Shown here piece by piece: positions 36,829 to 44,000 of a stretch of 64,000 nucleotides of DNA; position 1 is the stretch's first letter, and the number at the start of each line of letters is the position of its first letter. The DNA is taken from sequence record LR535910.1. One strand, given 5' to 3'. Under the pieces are notes generated by a model that saw nothing but the letters and a program-made list of their open reading frames with translations, was not told the DNA's origin and ran no database searches. Position numbers and translations under genes: made by a program.

Positions 36829-37735
36829 TGTTCGCCGCCCGTTTACGCTTAGCAGAAATTACACGGTTGATGTAGTTATACGCATCAACGCCGATAGAAC
36901 GCGCCAGGCGATTACAGCCGACTTCCAATATCTCTGGGGCGTTCTGAATTTGCTCCTGCGTACCGTCGGCGTTAAGCCACAGCACTTCACTGCACGTGTT
37001 GCACTCGGTATCGAACATTTTACTGATTGCAAGCCCACATTCAGAATCGTTCTGCATGTTAAGGCGTTCGATATTGTCGAGTATTTTCCAATACCCGTAC
37101 ATGAAGTTCATGACGTGGTCTGGCGATAACGGTTTCGGCATCATCGCATCAAACAACAACGACACACCACCTGGACGGTAATGATAGATTGCTCGGTGCA
37201 GCTCGATGAAATCTTCGTACCAGCGTTTATCACCTAACTGGTCACGCGTCATCACACCCCAGGTGTAATAGTTGTCCAGCTCGTACAGCACTTCCAGCGC
37301 TTCGTGATTACCACCGTTTACAAAGTTCATAAACGGACGTTCCGACTTCTTGTAGCCGTCAATGGACACAAAGATAAGGTCGAACTGTTTCAGCAACGGC
37401 AGATGTGATTTACGCATCTTTAAACCGTTGGTGTACATGTGATGACGGAGGTTCGGATGAGACTCCTTCAACTCGTTCACGAAGTCTTCAATCTTGCGCT
37501 GCGCTAACAGCGGCTCACCGCCCGTCCAATGAATCTCACCGATATCCGGATTCTTCTCTAAAATCGAGAGAATCTCTTCACGTTGAAACTCACGAGAAGT
37601 ATCTTCTCTATCCATGTAATAAGCCCCTCCACAGAAGCTACAGTCTAAGTTACACTTAGAAGTTGCGACAACCGACAGAATTGACGGTTTGTCGTACAGT
37701 TCAGACGAGATCCTGGATTCTACTTGATCTGTCAT
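36821..37735 (-). CDS. Second radical SAM protein (short auxiliary domain; start reassigned)
   Basis: CNLDCSFC, WTGGEPLL, MYTNG, VSIDG; C-terminal C...CNTC...C; GGAG RBS before the ATG at 37735. Confidence 0.85.
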   Translation of the reverse strand: MTDQVESRISSELYDKPSILSVVATSKCNLDCSFCGGAYYMDREDTSREFQREEILSILEKNPDIGEIHWTGGEPLLAQRKIEDFVNELKESHPNLRHHMYTNGLKMRKSHLPLLKQFDLIFVSIDGYKKSERPFMNFVNGGNHEALEVLYELDNYYTWGVMTRDQLGDKRWYEDFIELHRAIYHYRPGGVSLLFDAMMPKPLSPDHVMNFMYGYWKILDNIERLNMQNDSECGLAISKMFDTECNTCSEVLWLNADGTQEQIQNAPEILEVGCNRLARSIGVDAYNYINRVISAKRKRAANNE

Positions 37736-37757
37736 TGCAGGTTGCTCCAGTATATTT

Positions 37758-38645
37758 TTAAATATAATCAATGGCGAATAAAGGATCTTCGTCTACGTTA
37801 GCGCCAGGCACCAGTAGCATCGGGTCGTGATAGGCAGCTAAAATTTTGTTCAGGTCGGCGTGTCTTTCGTTCAGACGTTTCAAATCGGCCAACGTTACCG
37901 AACGACCACGAATCTCAGAAACAGCTTCTGCTTCTTCTTTCGTTAAATCCACCTTCGTTAAGAGGAAACTTACCAGCTTACTCAAATCCGCTTCCGTCGC
38001 CGGATAATCCCCATATCGGGTTTGAACCAGATGTTGCATCCACGGTTTACGAATACGTTTGGTGATTTCGAAATCGTCAGTCAGTGCATACCAGACAGAA
38101 CGCTTTTTATCCCACACGAACTTATAGCTATACGCCATCATGTCCGCTAAACGGGTGATGCCGAGTTCTTTATACCCCTCGATATCGATGTATGGTTCGG
38201 TGTCGAAATACGTTTCCGTATCGGCAGGTACCAGTACAAAGTAGTAAGGGAACGAGCCCAGATAGTCCGGACTCCACCAACGGCGCGCCATCGGTTTTGC
38301 TTCCAGTTCGTCAAACGGTGTAAACATCAGTTCTAAATCGACGCTGTTGTTCAAAATCCCTTCACTGAAGAAATACTTACCGTCGACTAACACGCCACGA
38401 GAGTTACCATCGCCGTTAAAGATAACGATGGCCTCTGCAACCATATCACGGATCTTAAACGTATTTTCTACGGTGTAGTTCTTCTTGTCGGTCAAGAAGC
38501 GACCACGAACCTTTGGCCACTCACCAGGAATCTGTGCAATCAGTCTGACTTTGTCAGCGAGGTGTGCACGCACTGAATCTGGGGAAGATAGATGCAGCGG
38601 GTGGTTGAATGTGGTTTTATACGCAAGATGCAAATCGTTTTTCAT
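37758..38645 (-). CDS. Unknown protein between the Cys-rich peptides and the radical SAM genes, 295 aa
   Basis: GGAG RBS; co-oriented; no motif recognised. Confidence 0.75.
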   Translation of the reverse strand: MKNDLHLAYKTTFNHPLHLSSPDSVRAHLADKVRLIAQIPGEWPKVRGRFLTDKKNYTVENTFKIRDMVAEAIVIFNGDGNSRGVLVDGKYFFSEGILNNSVDLELMFTPFDELEAKPMARRWWSPDYLGSFPYYFVLVPADTETYFDTEPYIDIEGYKELGITRLADMMAYSYKFVWDKKRSVWYALTDDFEITKRIRKPWMQHLVQTRYGDYPATEADLSKLVSFLLTKVDLTKEEAEAVSEIRGRSVTLADLKRLNERHADLNKILAAYHDPMLLVPGANVDEDPLFAIDYI

Positions 38646-38667
38646 TTAATACTCCGAACGTTTTCTG

Positions 38668-38874
38668 TTATCGATTCCCCGCTCCACGGCTACAGCTTCC
38701 GCTGCAGGACCAGCTACACCCACCATTACAGTTATAGTGAGAAAGCGGTAAGCCAGCCAGGTTATTTGTGGTCGACACGGTGCCCTGGTTAGCGATATAG
38801 TTGTTTGCCTGTGCGGTTGTAATGTAACCTTCTACCGTAACGAGACGGTTTCGAATAGTCTTGAGACTGATCAC
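38668..38874 (-). CDS. Cys-X3 repeat peptide 3 (short core, 4 Cys)
   Basis: Leader MISLKTIRNRLVTVEG, core NCNGGCSWSCSGSCSRG; GGAGG RBS. Confidence 0.8.
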   Translation of the reverse strand: MISLKTIRNRLVTVEGYITTAQANNYIANQGTVSTTNNLAGLPLSHYNCNGGCSWSCSGSCSRGAGNR

Positions 38875-38885
38875 ATAAGCCTCCG

Positions 38886-39287
38886 TCAGTTAGGACCTGA
38901 ACAACCACCAGAACACGCGCCGGAGCAGTTTGCGGAGCAGGATTTGCCACAGCCGCCAGAGCAGTTACCAGTACACGTTCCGCTACAACCACCAGAACAT
39001 GAAGAGCTGCAACCCGTACAGCTGCTGCTACAGCCCGATACACAGTTTGCGGAACAAGTCGACCCACAACCACCCGTAGCAGACCCAGTACACCCGCCAG
39101 AACAACTCGAGCAACTAAAAGAGCATGTGCCACCACAGTCATAGTGCGAACGGCCTTGACCTGCGAACAAGTCGGCGTTATTCGTAGCTTTATTGCGAAT
39201 GTAGTTTTGCACATTCGTGGTGTTCTTTAAAGCGTTTGCATCGATCGTGTTTAATCGGTTATTCAGTTCTTTTAATCCAATTGCCAT
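38886..39287 (-). CDS. Cys-X3 repeat peptide 2 (20 Cys), putative radical SAM substrate
   Basis: Leader MAIGLKELNNRLNTIDA; core DCGGTCSFSC...CSGACSGGCSGPN; GGGGG RBS. Confidence 0.85.
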   Translation of the reverse strand: MAIGLKELNNRLNTIDANALKNTTNVQNYIRNKATNNADLFAGQGRSHYDCGGTCSFSCSSCSGGCTGSATGGCGSTCSANCVSGCSSSCTGCSSSCSGGCSGTCTGNCSGGCGKSCSANCSGACSGGCSGPN

Positions 39288-39297
39288 TTAATCCCCC

Positions 39298-39690
39298 TTA
39301 GCGACCTGAACAGCCGCCGGAGCAGGCCCCGGAGCAGTTTGCGGAACAAGAGCCGCCGCAACCACCTGAACAGTTACCGGTACAGCTACTACTGCAACCA
39401 CCAGAACAACCAGAGCAACCAGAACAGTTACCGCCACACGTCGAAGAACAGCTACCGATACAAGAAGCAGAACAGCTTCCTGAACAGCTCGAACAGCCAT
39501 GCGAGCAACCGTTAGAGCACGTCCAAGAACATGTCCCGCCGCAATCTAGCTGTGCTTTCGTCCAACCCCCAAATCGGTCTGCTGCATTATGGGCTTTAGA
39601 GGCCACTTGCGCCTCGATGCGGGGGCCTGTCGCCATGTTAGCTTCGACTATCTGGACGCGGTTTCTGACGTCTTTAATAGATATCGCCAT
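39298..39690 (-). CDS. Cys-X3 repeat peptide 1 (21 Cys), putative radical SAM substrate
   Basis: Leader MAISIKDVRNRVQIVEA; core DCGGTCSWTC...CSGACSGGCSGR; AAGGA RBS. Confidence 0.85.
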   Translation of the reverse strand: MAISIKDVRNRVQIVEANMATGPRIEAQVASKAHNAADRFGGWTKAQLDCGGTCSWTCSNGCSHGCSSCSGSCSASCIGSCSSTCGGNCSGCSGCSGGCSSSCTGNCSGGCGGSCSANCSGACSGGCSGR

Positions 39691-39755
39691 TACGCTTCCT
39701 TAAAAAGTAGAACGAGCGGACTATGTCCATAAACATAGTCCGGCTCGTAAACAAG

Positions 39756-40958
39756 TTACTTAGTACCCGCTTCAGCTTGAACATCGTCGCGCGAGGTGAG
39801 GTTGTTGTTGACGTGAACAGCAGCCTGCACAACACCTCCATACTGTTTATGGAGGTAATTCGGGTGTGGGTTATCCGCAGCCGCATGGTTCGCCAGATTC
39901 TGGTTTGCCTGCGAAATTGCGTTGGTGTTGTTTATAACCTGAGTTTTAAGACTGTTGATTTGTCCTTGCAGGTTATCAATTTGCTGTTGGAAGTCTTTGC
40001 CCTGATTCTCAAGATCCGTGACGCGCTGATTTGTTTCATTCAGTGCAGACTGAAGATCGTTAACCATCTTCTGTAATTGCAACACCAGAGAATTAAGGTT
40101 AGCTAATGCTAACGACATTTTCTGGTAATTTTGAGCAACCACGTTAAGCTGGTCGTTCCACGCGGCTAACGAAGCCACAATTGCATCGATGCGTTGCCCC
40201 AACGCCGTGTCTGCTGCTCTTAAGTCGCCGATATCGTTGATAGTGGCGTCAATGGCAGTCTGTACACTTTGAATCAGGGCACGAATCTCCGTCTCCGTCA
40301 GGCCATTAACCTGATGAATGTCGAGATTGTGTACGTTACCTTCGGCGTTGATGTGGGTATTTAAGGCGTCGAGGAAGTCGTTTCTCAGACCGTCCAGAAT
40401 ACCTTTAATTTCTTCCAGCTGTACTGCAGAGCCGGAGTTAATCGCATCTTTAATCCCCGCGAGTACGGTAATGATATACTCAAAACCGTAGATATCGCCA
40501 AGGTCTTTATACGTCGGGGCGGACGGGAACGTATCGGGTACGTTTCGAAGATCCTTGAAGTCCACCACACGGTCTTCAATTTTCAGCGACGCGATCGCTT
40601 GTCGGATACCTTCGACGTTCGCGGACTGAAAACCACCAACGACTTGCGCAGAGACTTCGATATCAGTAGGAATGGCCGAGTTAGTTACCACCACACCCAT
40701 GACCACTTCGCGGTTCTTGGTCATTTTCTGATATGCAGTATGTGCAAAAATCAGTTCGTAGTCTGTGCCGCGTTTATACGGGTAGACACCTGGTTTATTC
40801 GCAGCTGCCAAGCGGAAGGTATCCGCGTAGAAAGCTCCGTCAGGAAAAGCAAAAGCCCGGTTAACTTTACCAGAACCTAACGTAATACGCCGTGTAACGG
40901 CGTTCGACGTTAATGTCCCGGTAAGGTCGAGCGGGTACTGATGAATGATTTCGGCCAT
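39756..40958 (-). CDS. Short tail fibre or whisker-like protein with long coiled coil (start reassigned)
   Basis: YPLDLTG..SN attachment-type N-terminus shared with the giant fibres; HINAEGNVH and HAAADNPH repeats; heptad coiled coil in the C-terminal third; AGGAG RBS before 40958. Confidence 0.7.
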   Translation of the reverse strand: MAEIIHQYPLDLTGTLTSNAVTRRITLGSGKVNRAFAFPDGAFYADTFRLAAANKPGVYPYKRGTDYELIFAHTAYQKMTKNREVVMGVVVTNSAIPTDIEVSAQVVGGFQSANVEGIRQAIASLKIEDRVVDFKDLRNVPDTFPSAPTYKDLGDIYGFEYIITVLAGIKDAINSGSAVQLEEIKGILDGLRNDFLDALNTHINAEGNVHNLDIHQVNGLTETEIRALIQSVQTAIDATINDIGDLRAADTALGQRIDAIVASLAAWNDQLNVVAQNYQKMSLALANLNSLVLQLQKMVNDLQSALNETNQRVTDLENQGKDFQQQIDNLQGQINSLKTQVINNTNAISQANQNLANHAAADNPHPNYLHKQYGGVVQAAVHVNNNLTSRDDVQAEAGTK

Positions 40959-41005
40959 TGCCAAACTCCTTTGATTGGGGCTTCCTTGCCCCATAGCGCT
41001 ATCTG

Positions 41006-44000
41006 TTAGGTACGGAACATAAGATTGACCTGGATAATATCAGGCTGTTGACGTCCTCTCTCGTTCACCCAATCGTGCGCAATCGTTAACGTAAGATCAT
41101 CGCCATCCCACGCCACGATCGGTGGTGGGAATAAACCCTGAGCGCCCGTGGTAACAACCGGGATTGCACCTGTCACATTCGTAAACGTGTAGCTACGACT
41201 GTTCAGAACAACTGGTGTGCCGTTGGTCTCTCCCGGCTGTGGTAAGATTTGAATCTTACTATCCGAAAGATCGGTGGTGATTGGTAGTCCCCCAGCGTCA
41301 GTGAAAAGCCAAGAGCAAATATGCTGGTTAGCTGTTTCGAGCGCTGAAGAACTTACCGCCGCGACAAATGTAAAGGTGCACGGCACGCCTGCTGGCAGAG
41401 AGTGCTGTTTGTGGTGCACGGTATGTGGTGACGGCAATAACACTTCTGGATTTTCGTCAATGTTAACATCCGTACCTTCCGCCTCGACGTTGTAGAAAAA
41501 GCCATCCACCGCCTCCCATGGGGCAACGTGGACATTAAAGGTCGTTTCTACTCCCGGTGTACCTGGGACGACGAATTTACTTTGCACCACCACCATCAAG
41601 TTCGTTGAGGTCGGTGAGAAAGCGGGCGTTGGAATACCTACCCACTCCATTCCCAACGATGCCGCTTCACCGTTCTCATCAGCCGTTACCGTCGCGATTG
41701 TTGTAGGATGTTTCCAAAACGCCCCCGATTTGTTTGCCTGAGTAAACGCCGGCAAAGTTTTCAAGCCTTCGAAACGTTTGGACACCATCGCTTTACCGCG
41801 ACGCTGTGCGTCAGATACGGTATAAAGCAACTGACTATCCAGATAGCCTTTCGTAGCATCGATCGACAAAGGACCCATCGCTTCTTTACGCAATGGTGCC
41901 AGTCTGCCCGTTGCTGCATCCCTTCCCACTTCCACATCATGCTTATTCTCAACCGCCGCATGTTCCAACAGTTGTTTCACCGCCCCCAATCGCTTAGCAT
42001 GTTCGACGTTAGTCTCGACGACTCGCGACGAGCCCGTTTTAACATACCCGATATAGAGTTCCGTTTCAGTGTCTGGATGTTGAATCACGTCCATTACGTA
42101 CTTCGGTGTACCATTTTCTACCTTGGCGTGCAGGTAGAATGTCCGGTTCTGATGGTTTGTTGGAAATGCTGCGCTGAGGTCAATATACCACGTAGGCAGC
42201 TTATAAGTGCTCGAGCCGAAACGCAGGTCAACTTCCTCAGTCACATATACCAGCCAACCTTCGGCTGTTTCCACACCAGCAATGACGACCGATTCAGTCG
42301 GGCCACTAAAATTAGGAGCCGCGACAAAATCACTCGACGACATTGCGATACCACCACAATAGACGTAGTCGAGAGATGAGTTGTGTAGCATCACCTGATC
42401 ACGATGAGCCAGATAAGCTGGGCTGACTGGAGTGTGGGATGGTGCCATGCGTCCAATGCCGTGTGGAGCAGAAGAACGCGTCCAGGTACCGTTAGACAGC
42501 GTAAGACCAACACCGTAGTTAAGCGCACCCAAGTCGCCAATTTGGCGCAAGGTTAACGTGTGTGGAAGATACAACCCGAACTGAGTACCATCTACTGACA
42601 CCAGTGTAGGTTGTCCCGGCCGGCGTGTTTTTCCTCCCGTTATCTCGCCCAACGTAGCATAGTTCAAGCCGTAGTCGAGGTTGTTATAGAAGTCAAACAG
42701 TGCCAATATCGCTGCGGGGAATGTTACCTGCCCGTTGCTGATCGTTGGTTTCAGTGTAAAGTAGTAGATATCCAACACGTTAACATTGTTCACAGTACGC
42801 ATACATGCTACTTGTGCTAACGTGAGCGGTGTGGCCGTACCAATGCCGATGAACCAAATGGAGAACAGTGCCTTTCCGGCGTTATTTGCGGCAAGGATAA
42901 ATTCCGAAGCATAACCATTCGCAGCGCCAGCCGGTGCACCGTCGATGATCATCTGCTTCATCTTATCCCATTCGGCTTGTGACAGCGTCAACCGATCGGC
43001 ATGAATCGTGAAAGTGCCAGAAACGTTGTGGTAAGGGAATGTTTCTGGTCCTGTGCAATACCAGCCGTTTAACTCTGTACCAGGCGACGCCGGTGTAACA
43101 ATGTGGCACATCTGCGACAGATTCTCGTACGTGGTAGAATCTACTACACGACGATTGTTAGTTGGTCCATACCCCGCTTTACCTGAATAAGTGGTGTTCG
43201 GATCAAACTCAACTTCAATTGCCAAACGGGTACGCGGCTGTGACAACCAGATAAGTCTGGAATTCGCTCCCAGAGTCAGCGGATACGCCATGCCCAGCTC
43301 GTAGATAGAACCACGACCTTGGTTTAACATTACCGCACTAAAACTTCTGGCAGTGAAGTTGTAGTCGCACGACAGGTACTCGTACCAACTCACACCGTCA
43401 TCTAACGTTGTAATCGTGACATAAGGCATTAGGTCGCGATCGCCTGCATGTCCTTGCGAAACGATATACTTGTCTTGCGATGTTGCAAAGGTTCGGTTAT
43501 TAGCTTGACCTTCGCCCCATTTCCGGCTCGGAATCCCAATCTCAGCGCCACCGTTATAACGAACCGTGGTAAGATCGGCCACAATAGGGAATCGATCAGC
43601 ACCTTCCAGCGTTATCGTCATTGAACTACAATCAACAACAAAGCTTGACACCCATTGTTTAAAGTTAATAGTTTGCCCTGTAGTAGAAGCAAACCAAACC
43701 GTTGGAGTTAAACCAACACGAAAGTTCAGCCCATCCACACCAATCGCGTGATTACATTCCGGACCATGGACGAAATTTCGCGCACTATTCCACTTCGCCG
43801 ATGCGTCTGCGTAGATTTGTGTTACTGGCGCTACCAACACATCTGTATCAGAACGTTTCTGACCCTGACGCAAGTAGATATTATCTCCCGACGTTAACAT
43901 CCCACCTGTTAACACATCCGCCACAAACGTGTTGCTACCACCCAGATTAAGTTCGTCGAGTGCGATGCTACGCATACTCACGAAATAGTCACCGGAGGTA

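Noticed and set aside
35500-37735. Radical SAM genes as anaerobic RNR activase or 7-deazaguanine (QueE) DNA-modification genes
   Set aside because: No nrdD, queC/D, folE or dpdA neighbours; SPASM-type Cys motifs and adjacent Cys-rich peptides point to peptide maturation.
38789-39500. ORF-track entries of Val/Ala-rich or Pro/Gln-rich proteins (38789-39214, 38944-39144, 39288-39500)
   Set aside because: Alternative-frame and antisense shadows of the Cys/Ser/Gly repeat peptides; no RBS, and the peptide frames have leaders, RBSs and synonymous divergence.
38886-39560. Cys-rich repeats as CRISPR array, microsatellite or assembly artefact
   Set aside because: No fixed DNA repeat with spacers; the periodicity is at protein level with varied codons.
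38668-39690. Classical secreted bacteriocin cluster
   Set aside because: No double-glycine cleavage site with ABC transporter, no protease or immunity gene recognisable; context is a virion fibre operon. Not fully excluded, since release by lysis needs no exporter.
41708-42379. 223-aa plus-strand ORF and other long antisense ORFs within the giant fibre genes
   Set aside because: Fully nested opposite long coding frames, no RBS or motif.
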